61,863 nucleotides of DNA, filler included, from Squatina squatina (GCA_031763465.1; 4 parts of 3 records of this genome joined end to end with filler, not necessarily neighbours in it), one strand, 5' to 3'. Counted from the whole stretch's first letter, positions 35,683 through 48,934 are shown. Notes: generated by a model not told the origin, from the letters alone. Translations and numbers: made by a program.

Positions 35683-38512
35683 TATTGGAAAATTTCAAAA
35701 AGGCACAAGGACGACAACCTCTCAGGTATTTTGACCCCTTTGTGCACTTTCCTAACTGAGTTGTTTCTGTAAAACATTGTTAAATTGCATCTGTTTGCAA
35801 TTTTTTCTTTTTTTTTGCTGATGTTAAATAGTAAACAGTAACTGTATCGGTGCGGACACTGGGGGTGTGTTACGGTTTATAAACTGTTGACGGTTACTGT
35901 TAATAAGTTTAAAAACTGTGAGGTACTGTCATGTAAAATGTGCCTTTTTATGGAAAAAGTGTGTTTAAATGAAAGTTCTACTGAGAAATGTTGTATAGAA
36001 AGTCATTAGTATTCTTGCGCTGTTTTTGTCTGGCATCCTGCTTGTGATATCGTCTCCTTCACAGAACAGGGACGGCGAATGAGAATTTTCAAAAATGGTG
36101 AGAAAAAAACCCAACTCGTGTGAAAACATAGGATGATGAAAATTAAACTTTAGTTTCAAGTGACAGTTGATTTTCAGTTTTCAACAGTTTAACGTTAGTT
36201 TTTTTTGCTGTCAAGTCACTCCAAGTAATGGACCTGTTATACNNNNNNNNNNNNNNNNNNNNNNNNNNNNNNNNNNNNNNNNNNNNNNNNNNNNNNNNNN
36301 NNNNNNNNNNNNNNNNNNNNNNNNNNNNNNNNNNNNNNNNNNCTAAATTTATTAAAATAATGTGGTATAAATTCAGAAGCACAATGTGAATTTGATAGTT
36401 CATCAAAGTGTAAATCAAGAATTGGACTTCATACTATAATTCACTTATTCTTTTAGATCTGTGTGATAAATAGCCGATATCAATCAACAATTTATATTTT
36501 GGTAAATTAATAAATCTTGCCATCCTGCCTCTGAGTACCCTGCAGAATTATTTTTCATTTATATTTATGTATTTGAACTCAAATGAACATGACATCATCA
36601 CTCTCTGGCTGGAATTGATCAAGTTTTGGGGTACTTGGGAACAGTGTTACCAATAAGCAATAAATTGAGTACGACCATCAAGCTCACATCTTCTCACATG
36701 AAGGACTCCAGGAGGATCAGATGCAGCAGCAGAGCAAAGAATGAAGGAATAGGAGTGAAGAACAAACCTTGGAACAAACAAGTTGCTTTGTATTCCAGCT
36801 TAGTAACTGTTGGCAAGTAGAATTTTCCAGCACAATCGCAAAATACTGCAGAATTTTCCAGCTCTGAGGTTGATGTCACAAGTGTTAATACTGTAGCAGT
36901 GTTACATCACGTATTTCATTGTTACATTTGACCCGTATTCTCTGATTTGTGGAACTACTCTAAGATTTCACAGGTTGTTATGCCTCTGTAATCCACATGC
37001 CACTGAACATGCAGTCATATGACGATCAGTCAGATCCAATTAGGAGTGTAACAAAGCATTGGAGCTTTGCGATTTCATTGATTTTCTTGGTTTTAAAGTT
37101 GAAAATTTATTTTTGATATCCCATATTCTGAGTCCATTTCCCTTTTGCCAGGACCCCTGCAGCCCTATTTGACGTTCTACTGGTTTGATGGCAATTTTGA
37201 CTTGAAAAATCACAATTTTCATTGGAGCTTTGAATTTTCACCAACTGGCAGCAACATAGTTTAACGATTAGCAAAATTTATTTTTTAGATCCTATCCATC
37301 TATTTATCTACCTATCTAGCTATCTATCCAATATATATGTCTTGCATCTGGCATGCATTCATAGGACAAAAATATCCACTACTTATGGAAAAATATCTTT
37401 TATAGATCAAACAATCCTGACTGGCTCAAATATACCACTGATGAAAAAACAAATCACTATCTGTTAATTGAACATGCTGAATGGCTGAAGTGTCCCATTG
37501 ACTAAAAACTGTTAATTAAAAACCACANNNNNNNNNNNNNNNNNNNNNNNNNNNNNNNNNNNNNNNNNNNNNNNNNNNNNNNNNNNNNNNNNNNNNNNNN
37601 NNNNNNNNNNNNNNNNNNNNNNNNNNNTTTACTTGCATCTATCCCCTTGCAGTAGATTCATACTCATCTCTTTGTTTTCCATCATACCTAGGGTTCAAAA
37701 CAGACCCACACCAACTGGCAGGATGAGAGGTTAAAATTCGGCTTAAACTTGACTTTTCAATGGTAGTGACAACTATTTTAAATCTCACTCAGCAAGGTTA
37801 AAGGGGAATAAAGGCACCTTTATATCAAAGTTGAAAAAAATTGTGCTTATCACTCAAAATTTGGTGGTTGCAAGTAGTGCATGAACATAGGATTAATAAA
37901 CTTTGAGACATGAATAGTGTTGATTGGTAGAAATGCTATCTGCATCTGGGATTGATATATCAGACAATAGAGCCTTGTGCCAATTTCAAGAGTACTATCT
38001 ATTGCAGCACCTGGTTATTACTCTCAGAAAACTAAGATTGTGTAATTAGACACCGTCACTGCAGGTTTGTGCAGACTGACNNNNNNNNNNCCATTAAGTG
38101 GTGACCATTGTTACCTGGACTGAAATTAACAGATGTTTGACTTTTTTTTTGAAGGCTCTCTGTTGTCTGATTTTAATATAACTTAATTAGGGATTAAATG
38201 AAAAACTGAATTTGTGTTTTGGAGCTGTGAATCCTCATGATGATTGTGATGAGGAAAACTTAACTGCATTTCTTTACTAAATGCAGGCTAGCTTGTTCGA
38301 ATGTTAATATAGATGTCACTTATTTATATGCTGTTGTGTATTTGGTTGTCAGATTAATTCAAAGACAGTTATGAATTTGGAGCAAGACCTGCCATTCGTT
38401 TGCAATGCTCCANNNNNNNNNNNNNNNNNNNNNNNNNNNNNNNNNNNNNNNNNNNNNNNNNNNNNNNNNNNNNNNNNNNNNNNNNNNNNNNNNNNNNNNN
38501 NNNNNNNNNNNN

Positions 38513-39105
38513 AGTAGTGATGCAGGTTAATAAGGTCCTAAAAAACAAACAAAACACTGGGGTTCATTTCTAGAGCGATAGAATTGAAAAGCAGGGAAGT
38601 TATGTGAAACTTGTATCGGACTTTGGTTAGACTACACTTGGACTTTTGTGAACAGATCTAGTCTCCACTTTATAAAAAGGATATAGAGGCACTGGAGATG
38701 GTGCAAAAAACATTTACTAGGATGATACCAGAACTGAGAGGTTATACCTATCAGGAAAGATTGAACAGACTGGGGCTCTTTTCTCTAGAAAACAGAAGAC
38801 TGAGGGGTGGCCTGATAGAGGTCTTTGAGATTATGAAAGGGTTTGATGGGGTAGATGTGGAGAAGATGTTTCCACTTATGGGCGAGACCTAAACCAGGGG
38901 CCATAAATATAAGATAACCGCTAATAAATCTAATAGGGAATTCAGGAGAAACTTCTTTACCCTGAGAATGGTTAGAATGTGGACATCGTTACCACAAGGA
39001 GTATTTGAGACGACTAGCATAAATGCCTTTAAGGGGAAGCTAGATGAGCACACGAGGGAGAAAGGAATAGAGGATATGTTGATGGGGTTAGATGAAGAAG
39101 GATGT
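38513..39105 (+). mobile_element. CR1 LINE 3' portion
   Basis: Translates VQKTFTRMIPELRGYTYQERLNRLGLFSLENRRLRGGLIEVFEIMKGFD. Confidence 0.9.
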
Positions 39106-39837
39106 TAGGAATTGGGCAGGCAAGTTCTAATTACATCTTCCAGATAAACTGCTGGGTATGTCTTATCCACCAAGGGGACAAATTAGAAATCTGCTCTTGT
39201 CCTCCAAGAAGACCAATCAAAAATCTGGTGTTGTAAATAGATGCAACATTTGTAATAACATATGCTTTTGATGGGCACAATTAGAAGCTGGCAGTAATTA
39301 TTGCATATTTTGCCCACATGGGCAATCAGATATTGCTATCAGTTTGGGTACAATCTGAAAATTATAGAGGTCAGGTAAACCAATCAGAAAACTAAGCTTC
39401 TGGTGAAAGATCATTGACCTGAAATGTTACCTCTGTTTCTCTCTCCACAGATACTGCCTGATCTGCTGAGTGGTTCCAGCATTTTCTGTTTTTATTTCAG
39501 AAAACTAGGTGATAACTTGGCACCAAATGGAAAATCTAGGTCAAAATAAATTACGCTTCTAGTTTTTTTTTCACTGTGACATAAAATAGATTGTAAAAAT
39601 ATACACTCTTATTCGATAATTTAGATGGAATAATACTTCTATTTCACTCCCTTTTCCTTTCACTCTCCCAATCAGAAGGACTCACATGCAGAGCTGAGGA
39701 AAACATCACAGCTCTGAAGAATATCTATGTTAGAGATTGATTGGTAGGAGGTAGAGAATATGGAAGATAACATCTTTCATTTATTAAATAGGACTTAATG
39801 TGAACTAAACTAATAATTCCTACACATTTCTTTGTAG

Positions 39838-39959
39838 ATCAGACTCCCACCCCTACTCGATTCCTGAAGAACTGTGAAGAAGTTGGACTCTTTAATGAAC
39901 TTGCGTGTTCCTTAGAGCAGGAGTTTAGGAAAGCACAGGAAGAGGAAGACAATAAAAGG
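39838..39959 (+). CDS. CREB5: CREB5 (CRE-BPa) exon with the TPTP MAPK phospho-site region
   Basis: tttgtag|AT ... AGG|gtacgt, 122 bp. Translates DQTPTPTRFLKNCEEVGLFNELACSLEQEFRKAQEEEDNKR. Confidence 0.92.
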
Positions 39960-40410
39960 GTACGTGAATATACTAAACTGGTGTGCATTTTCCATCTCTA
40001 GAATCTCCTACTCTTTGAAAGGGAATGGTTTGAGGTGTCTGATTAACACAGTACTTCAACCTCAATATATGTCATTTATTGACAGCCTGTTAATAGAAAT
40101 ATTTGTTCCAAGAGAAAGTTGGTGCAGGTATTGATTAACTTTTCTATATATTCTTCAGTGCTCTGCTAACAGCATTCACCAAATTGAGAAAGCATTTGAT
40201 GAATGAATATTTACTAGTCACAATACTANNNNNNNNNNNNNNNNNNNNNNNNNNNNNNNNNNNNNNNNNNNNNNNNNNNNNNNNNNNNNNNNNNNNNNNN
40301 NNNNNNNNNNNNNNNNNNNNNNNNNNNNACCTATGTAGAATGCTAATCTTCTTTGTACTTTAAATTTCTACATTAAAGTTAACACATTTATTTTATTTCT
40401 TTTGTAAAAG

Positions 40411-40583
40411 AACTTATCTGTGCATGGGTCAGTACAAGGGCCTATGTCAGGACCAGCAGCTCATCAGCTTGCACCCGCTAGGATGTCAAACCATGACACC
40501 GGTGTAGTAATTCAGCAAGCCATGCCTTCGCCAACTTCCAGTTCAGTCATCACACAAGCACCTTCTACCAACAGGCAAATAGG
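40411..40583 (+). CDS. CREB5: CREB5 next exon
   Basis: aaaag|AAC ... GG|gtaagt, 173 bp. Translates NLSVHGSVQGPMSGPAAHQLAPARMSNHDTGVVIQQAMPSPTSSSVITQAPSTNRQI(G). The CREB5-specific segment distinguishes it from ATF2/ATF7. Confidence 0.92.
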
Positions 40584-42326
40584 GTAAGTAATTAATTCAA
40601 TTACTGCTATCTAACCTACCACTTTCAAAGATTTTCTCTAAGTATAAAGAGAATGTGTCACTGGTCTTATAGATATTAATCAAAACCATTGCTGAAGAAG
40701 GATTTGGGCATGGAAAAGTGTATTCAATGTAAGTCTCATTTGGAGCTGCATATGTAATGGCTAACATTTCGGAAGTTGTCCCTCCTCCAACATCCCTTTG
40801 GCAACCCCTCCTATATATGTCAAAGTAGAAGCAGGCAGTCTTTCCGATGACATTTAGTATTGCAGCATAGCCAGCAGAGCATGCTATTACATTCTTTCTT
40901 GTGGAAGTTCTGGGGTTTAATTAAAATAAAGAGGCATTGATTCTTAGAATTTGCAAACAAATAGTAAGGATCAATGATAGCTCACCTATTATATCTGATT
41001 TACAATAAAAAAAAGCATGGGCATCCGAAGAATTAAACGTACAGTGTTTGTTAGGATGCCGGGAAACCAAAAAAAGTGGTTCTGAACTAGTTCAAAGTAA
41101 GACCATAAGACTATCAGGGAGGAACTTGTATTACTGGGATCTACACAACTCAAATTTCAGAGGTGAATTTATCTCTATCTTCCATAATTTTGCACAAAAC
41201 CAGTTCAGTTCAGATCAAGCCTGATACATTAGGNNNNNNNNNNNNNNNNNNNNNNNNNNNNNNNNNNNNNNNNNNNNNNNNNNNNNNNNNNNNNNNNNNN
41301 NNNNNNNNNNNNNNNNNNNNNNNNNNNNNNNNNTGAGAAAGCAGGTACGGGGTACTGATCAGCCATGATCATATTGAATGGCGGTGCAGGCTCGAAGGGC
41401 CGAATGGCCTCCTCCTGCACCTATTTTTCTATGCCCCAGTACAGATCCCACCAATTGCATCATATCAATTGGAGTACATTCCCATTATCCTTACTCTCTG
41501 TCTCCTACCTCCTAATCAATTCTCTATCCAAGCCTTCAAGTGCTTTGAGACGTCTGGTGGTCATAAAGGCACTATATAAATGAAAGTCTTTCTTTTCTTT
41601 TTCTTTTTACAATTCTCACATAAAATAATATTTCAGAAGATTTTACAAGGGGGAGAGGTGGACATCTCGCAGGAAAGAAAGGATTGTGGGAAGGGGAACT
41701 GAAGGCATGATCAAAGAGATAGCTTTTTAGGAGGCTTTTGAAGACCAGAAGGAGAGGCAGCAAAGAAAAGTGCTTTTTGGAAGTGGGTTCAAGAAGCAGG
41801 GATGTAGTGGCTAATAGATTGCATCTGATGATGGAGCAGAGGGAATGGAGGATAAACAACAATCTTGAGTCAGATCAATGGAGGGTGTGTCTCGGCTGAT
41901 TGTATGTGAGAGGATTTGGGCCAGAGAATTGTGGATTAGCTGAAGTTTCTGCAGGATTTCAGATGGAGCTAACATCATTCCCTATGTTGGAAAACTAGTA
42001 AGAAAACAGGATGTGATGTAAGTGCTCACCAATCAGATATAGAAATAAAGAATCAGAAGTTTGGTTTACTTCTGAGGCTTTTGTGTCACCTAATTTGGAT
42101 CCTGAATCATTCCACATAAACCAGCTCAATTAAAAAGATCGAACTACAGCTCAGTCACCAACAAAAACTAAGAGCAGTAGATTTTCTATGTAGCCAAGGA
42201 AAGCACAATTCTGAGTGTAATCATCACAAACAGAACAGCAATTCTTTTTTGGATTTACATTTTTATAACCTTTGCTGAATTCAGCATAACAAAGAATAAC
42301 AGTAATATTCACTTTTAGACTGACAG

Positions 42327-43055
42327 TGGGCCTAAAATTGCGATTGGATGCTTCCTGCGTGCAGAAGCCTCCAATCACAGAAATATCGAAGGACTGACCT
42401 GACAGTCCTGGATCAACGTGAGATTGGATTTTCTTCCCCCACAGCTGGGCATTTGGATCGGAGCTCAGTTCTTTCCCGGGTAAGTCCTGGAGAGGTCACA
42501 AGGGAGGCCCCAACCAATCAGGTAGGAGTGTCTCTCATTCAAGCTTTGACAGTTCTGACAGATCTGTAAAAGCTTGAATGAGTGAGGAAAAATGACACAA
42601 ACACATCCAAAAACATTTTTTAAATGATTCTAACATTAAAATTTAATAAAAAAGGTGATAAATTAGCCCAAATTATATTTTTGAAATTAAAAAAAACACT
42701 TCTACAATGTGTAAAAACATACTTACCTTGATGGCAATGGTTTTGAAGTAAGGTAGCATTAATTTACTTTTTGATTTCAACTTTTTTTTAAACTCTTACA
42801 CTGGTCAAACTAAGCATGTATGCTTGGTGTTACCATGCGTAAAAAAGTTAAAGTGCTTTCCAGGGCAAACGTAGAGAAAATCTCGCATAGCTCTGTTCTT
42901 GATATCTCTTTTCTGGCCTAAGCGTTGGAACTGTCAAGACAAACCGAGACAGATCGCAAGTGCTGGAGATCTGTGGGCATGCGCAGAGCAGCCCCAGATT
43001 TAACAGGTGCGTGGGAACATGGTACCCACCCGGGGGGATCGCAATTTCAGGGCCA
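42327..43055. mobile_element. Complete ~730-bp non-autonomous DNA transposon with 18-bp TIRs (PIF/Harbinger-like)
   Basis: 5' end tgggcctaaaattgcgat versus the reverse complement of the 3' end, tggccctgaaattgcgat (16/18 match). No coding capacity; partial copies at 18283 and 21194. Confidence 0.7.
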
Positions 43056-44489
43056 ACATAAACTAACCACTGACTCCCTGTAACTGGAAATGTCAGCTCA
43101 GAACTTATCAAGTTCCCCCTTAAAGAACGGTAGTGGCCCCACCCGCACCACATGTTGCACACATTTATTCCAGAGGGTAATGACTCTGGCAAGTCAGAGA
43201 ATCATACAGCACAGAAGGAGGCCGTTCTGCCCATCATGCCTGTGCCAGCTCTTTGAACGAGCTATCCAATTAATCAATTAGTCCCCACTCACAGGATCTT
43301 TCCCCAAATTTTTATTTTGAAGTATTTACCCAATTCTCTTCTGAAAGTTACAGTGAGGGGAATTATAAGTGAATGGAATTCTGTCATGTGATCCCCAAAT
43401 GTCTGGTAACTAATTCCCAAATTACCTTTAATTTAAATTAATCTCCCGGATGCTGTTGTGTCCAAATCCAGGAGAAAAATCATCGGGGAATTAAAGAAAA
43501 TGGTGTTTTTTCCCAATTGTTTTAACCACCTTCGATTATTGATGAAAATATTGAAGACTGGGACAAAGGTGGTTGGAGGCAGGAGGTCACGTGTGGAATG
43601 CTCCAGGAATACTCCAAGCAGAGATGGTATCCCAAGTTGTGTGACTCACACCATTTACATATCACGACAAAATAAAAGAAGAATAGTACGCATTGACAAT
43701 TATGGGTGGCACCAAAACACACACGTGCAGAATGTGACCCCTGTGGAATAATCACTGACGACTGAGGCACAGTTGGGTCGAAAGAACAGTTTAACAACGG
43801 CTGCACATTAATGGCACAGTAATTTAACTTGGGAAATAATAGGCTTTATTTTGGAAGTACTTAGCTCCCAAGCTCTCATTACCACATCAGCACAGTGTTA
43901 ACCCTTCATTACCCAGATGTTTAAATAACTTTCATTTTCAATCGGAATTGAGACTTATTATTTTGGGAACCAGCTTCCCGGTTTAGCTACTTAATTCCCG
44001 CACGATAACGTGTGTTTATAATACACTCTTCACAACGTTAATGCCCCAAGGCACTTCAGGGAGGAGAACAAGATCTCAAATAGTAATACTAAGAAAGAAG
44101 CAATGGACACAAATAACATCCCACCTTCACTGGACAGCTGCTGACTGCAACCTTCAATCGACCTTCTCAACAGATGTCAGGCCAGCTCCTTCTTCAAGGG
44201 GACAATTGACCCTGGATGATAATCCTGAGATTTATTCTCCTTCTTGTTTCTTTTCCTGCCCCCAACATTAAATTATTTGGTTCTTTTTCCAAATCGTCTT
44301 TCATAAGAATTAATCTGTATGGCCACTCGAGCCTGCTCCACTTTTTATTCCTGAGAGGGCGAGGCTGTGCAAAAGGTGAGCTATGGTGCTTGATCGGCAA
44401 AATGCTCACACGTGGCGCCTGTATCCACACAAACTAATTGATTTTTTTTTTAAAGTGAGTATATTGCACTGCGAGATCCAATTGTGAGA

Positions 44490-45060
44490 AGTTAAGCTGT
44501 AGCTGTACAGAACTCTGGTGAGACCACACCTGGAGCACTGTGAGCAGTCCTGGGCACCACACCTTAGGACGGATATATTGACCTTGGAGGGAGTGCAGCA
44601 CAGGTTTACCAGAATGATACCCGGAATTCAAGGGTTAGGTTTTGAGGAGAGATTACATAAATTAGAGTTGAATGACATGGAATTTAGGTTAAGGGATGAT
44701 CTGATCGAAGTTTTCAGGATATTAAGCGTAACAGCGTAGACAGAAACTATTTCCACTTGCTGGGGGTTCGAGGGCTCGGGGGCATAGTTTAAAAATTAGA
44801 ACCAGACCGTTCAGGAGTGATTTTAGGAAACACTTCCACACACAAAGGGTTGTAGAAGTTTAGAGCTCTCTTCCGCAAACGGCAATTGATGAGAGATCAA
44901 TTGTTAATTTTCAATCGGAGATTGATAGCTTTCTGTTAACCAAACTTATTAAGGGATATGGGCCAAAGGCGTGTATGTGGAGTTATGTCACAGATCCTCC
45001 ATTGTATCATTGAATGACGGAGCAGGCTCGAGGGGCTGAATGGCCCACTGCTGTTCTTAT
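44490..45060 (+). mobile_element. CR1 LINE 3' portion
   Basis: Translates LVRPHLEHCEQSWAPHLRTDILTLEGVQHRFTRMIPGIQGL, followed by a CR1 tail. Confidence 0.9.
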
Positions 45061-45083
45061 GAGTTCCTAAAATATGTCCTGCT

Positions 45084-45312
45084 GTGAGGGCAGTGGAGTC
45101 TATTCGTGTTACAGTGAGGGGTGTGGGGTCTATTAGTGTTACAGTGAGGGGTGTGGGGTGTATTAGTGTTACAGCGAGCGGTGTGGTGTCTATTAGTGTT
45201 ACAGCGAGGGGTGTGGAGTCTAATAGTGTTACAGTGAGGGGTGTGGGATCTATTAGTGTTACAATGAGGGGTGTGGAGTCTATTAGTATTACACTGAGGG
45301 GTGTGGAGTCTA
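45084..45312. repeat. 30-bp minisatellite, about 7.5 visible copies, running into a gap
   Basis: Unit acagtgaggggtgtggagtctattagtgtt with exact 30-bp periodicity. Confidence 0.95.
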
Positions 45313-47564
45313 NNNNNNNNNNNNNNNNNNNNNNNNNNNNNNNNNNNNNNNNNNNNNNNNNNNNNNNNNNNNNNNNNNNNNNNNNNNNNNNNNNNNNNNN
45401 NNNNNNNNNNNNCATGGCTATGTACCTGCAATTTTCCTATATGTGTTAACAGCAGGCAAAGTTCCTCATCACCAGAGAATAATCTAAAATTATCCCCAAT
45501 AAAGTCTCTATTCACATATTCATTATTGCATACTATAGTTAGTTGCTATCTACAAATAAACAATTTAGTCCTAATTAAATTACTTTTGTTCCTTATGTAG
45601 TGCTTTTGCATGAAAATTGAATTTCAAAATAATCACAAAGTCAAGCATGAGTATTTCTTATTGCAGCTGATATAATCCATTCCCTTGCTTGCCTGTAGTA
45701 CAAGTTTCTTCCTGGTGTGGCACTGGAGTGCTCGGCATTCCTGTAATCTACATTTTAGCTGAATATGATTTATGTTGTACGATGCTCTTCGTTAACATTT
45801 ATTTCCTGCAGGGGCTTTCAATTGCACGTGAACTGTTAAGTACTCAGGGATGAGTTGTATTAGTCATATTTTAATACCTTTAGGCAGCTCTTGAATGTTT
45901 TGCTATAAATTTTGTGTATTCTGGCACAGCCCCATAATCATTATGCATGCTGGCTTGGAGTTAAAATTAGTTTGGTCTGACATCAGCCCCAACTCAGGCA
46001 GCAGAATGCCAAAGCATTTGCCAAATCCAGGAAGAGTTTGTAATACCCCAGGAATCTCTTCCAATGATAGACAACATTCATTAAAAAGGCTAAAAGTCAT
46101 CATTGTTCAACATTTGTTTGGAAAAACTCCAAAAGTTCTTCNNNNNNNNNNNNNNNNNNNNNNNNNNNNNNNNNNNNNNNNNNNNNNNNNNNNNNNNNNN
46201 NNNNNNNNNNNNNNNNNNNNNNNNNNNNNNNNNNNNNNNNNNNNNNNNNNNNNNNNNNNNNNNNNNNNNNNNNNNNNNNNNNNNNNNNNNNNNNNNNNNN
46301 NNNNNNNNNNNNNNNNNNNNNNNNNNNNNNNNNNNNNNNNNNNNNNNNNNNNNNNNNNNNNNNNNNNNNNNNNNNNNNNNNNNNNNNNNNNNNNNNNNNN
46401 NNNNNNNNNNNNNNNNNNNNNNNNNNNNNNNNNNNNNNNNNNNNNNNNNNNNNNNNNNNNNNNNNNNNNNNNNNNNNNNNNNNNNNNNNNNNNNNNNNNN
46501 NNNNNNNNNNNNNNNNNNNNNCATAGATACACACCCAGAGAGTTTCACTCGATTAGAAAAGGAATCACAGCGTTCCCACCACATTTTCGGCAAAGTTACT
46601 TTGGCAGCATGGGAGCAGCTCTGAGAATATTCCCTCAGAATGTCTTTTGTTCTCCTCTATGCTGAATCTATGCCAGTTCTACCAATTGCCTTAACGCCAC
46701 CGTTATAGCATACATCATTAATGCAATGTGGGTTGGAAGCCAAACAAGAGTAAATTTGCTCATTTGGAATGGCTTGCCACTTAAGCAGCCCTTAACAATC
46801 TGGGTTTNNNNNNNNNNATCCAGTTCAGTCTTGAGAGGAATTTTGAGAGCGTAGGCATAATGCAGAAACACTCATTAATGTTAATACTGCACATCCAATT
46901 ATTATGTATTAAGGCACACTTAGCATGTGTGCTGGCTCGAACTCAAAAGTGGCTTTAGCCCCTATGTTCAATCATATAGATATATTGGAGGAGGAGGCAT
47001 GGGTGCATCAGCGAGTCTCACTTTAGTGGACATGTTGGAGGGGGGCAGGGAAGTATATCCATAGTCCTTTTTGTGTTCCTTTGAGAATGTATTTGATATG
47101 AGAAGGTAAAGAGTTAAGGTCATTTACACCATTGTAATTTAGCTGTCCCTTCCCCAGAAGCTGGCACCTAGCCATACATTTAAATGCTTCATGTAATCTA
47201 TTTGTATTTTGTGATAACAGTTTTATGCTTTAATCCAGACAATTTATGTTGAGAAGAGGACTGTAAGGGTACCATTAGCTTAAGACTTCACATGATATAT
47301 TACTGTTAGCACTAAAAACCACAGAAATCAATCTGTATTGAAGTTACAGTAAGGAATACCCAGGGGCTACATAAAAATCCTAGTCAAGAAAAGGCTGAAA
47401 TCTGCAGTTCATAATGTGAACAATGTTGGTTATGAGCTTGACATACAATAAACAGCAAGCTTCCTTAAGTGCTGAAAATAATAATTTTGATTCATAACCA
47501 TGGAACTCAGAAGCTTTTCACATTTTTGCACCTGCATTGTCTTTGTCACTTTTATTATAACTTA

Positions 47565-47664
47565 NNNNNNNNNNNNNNNNNNNNNNNNNNNNNNNNNNNN
47601 NNNNNNNNTTAATTAATTAANNNNNNNNNNNNNNNNNNNNNNNNNNNNNNNNNNNNNNNNNNNN
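47565..47664. other. Artificial scaffold linker
   Basis: 44N + TTAATTAATTAA + 44N. Confidence 0.97.
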
Positions 47665-48934
47665 ACCGTCTGCCCGGGCTCACTTGTGATGTGTGAGACA
47701 CTAGGTGACAACAGTACTCTATTTCTCGCTGGACCCACCAAGGTGTGCATATTGGCACTGGTGCTGGTTGCACATGGGTCTGATGATGGTGTGCCCACAG
47801 AGACTGGAGCTTCATCTGAGGAGTCGTCTTCCTCCTCTGGAATGATGAAAGTTCGCTGGCTGCTGACGTCAGTCACCATATGATTGACTGTTGTATGCCA
47901 TGTGGCTGTATGAGATTGAATTCTGTCACCAGGTTGCTGGGAGGTCCCCAACTCTCCATTTCCCACCACCAGCAGCTCTGCCAATCTAGTGATTTCTCCA
48001 CTGCTGGACTCAAGTTGGTGTAAACTCTCCTCTCCCTGTTGCTCTTGGCTCTCTTCTCCTGCAAGGAGGGAAAGAAGAGACCTTAGAGTGAGAGTGATGG
48101 AGTGTGTGTAAGGGATGGATGGGCTACATCTATAGAGGGTGACTGAGGGACTGGGATGCCAATGCCAAATGGCCTCCTTCTGTGGTGTTGTTTGCTATGA
48201 TTGCATTAGGATGAGGGTGAGTGTCAGTGGTGGTAAGTCAGATGGGGATGTGAGTGGGTGCATAGACAGTGAGGGATGAGTGTACCTGCAAGGTCAGTTG
48301 GTGTGAGGATTGACGTGCAGGAGTAGGCTTGGGAAGACAGAGTGATGGGGTTGGAATGACAGGCACATCAGGATGTAGTTGAATGTAGCATTTCACTCAC
48401 CATTCCTGACCTCATGAGATCAGTAAATCCTCTGTGGCACTGGATCCATGCTGCTGACCTCCTCCGCAATCTCCAAGCATGCCTGCTTATTCTCACTGGA
48501 AGGTCTCTTGTGCCCATCCCCAGGGAACAGGATGTCCCTGCAGCTCGAAGTCCCTGGAGCAGGACATACAGGGAGGATTCAGTGTATCTGGGTGCTGCCT
48601 TCTGCCGCTGGGACTGCATGCTTCCATCAAGCCTCAGATGGAAAATCGTTACTTTCTGCACAAACACACCTCTGCCAACAAGCTCTGATCCTCTTCAGCA
48701 ACCTTCAAGTGCGATGTGTGGAAGGCCCCTTTAAATATCTGAGCTCAAGGTACGTCATCAATTACATCATCAGACCTGCTCCATTTAATTGGCCGGGGAA
48801 CCCGCAGGCCTAACTCAATTGATTTAATTCAGTTAAAGACAAAATGAACAGTGCGCTGCCAAGAGGTTCGTGAGGCTACACAGTGCCCCCCACCCCTGCC
48901 ACCCGACTCACTTCACAGGTAAAAATTCCAGCCA
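47665..48934 (-). mobile_element. Decayed PIF/Harbinger transposon end carrying a spliced Myb/SANT-like gene
   Basis: ATG at 48619 gives MQSQRQKAAPRYTESSLYVLLQ...AW...WIQCHRGFTDLMRS, then donor ATG|gtgagt at 48401/48400 and acceptor ttgcag|GAGAAGAGA (EKRAKSNRERR) at 48058. Terminus ggctggaattttt near 48933. Confidence 0.65.

Noticed and set aside
36095-36103. ATG|GTGAGA as the CREB5 start-codon exon
   Set aside because: It fits the recalled human exon structure but has no other support, and the next two CREB5 exons are not visible.
44936-45515. Repetitive ORFs (TPLTVTLID / HTPHCNTNR), and a possible CRISPR-like array
   Set aside because: These are translations of a 30-bp minisatellite. There are no unique spacers or cas genes, and the context is eukaryotic.
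45895-46665. Long ORFs up to 256 aa
   Set aside because: Open only because they run through a 380-N gap.
18635-47664. Three identical TTAATTAATTAA palindromes embedded in N runs
   Set aside because: Synthetic six-frame-stop linkers (exactly 44N+12+44N), not biological.
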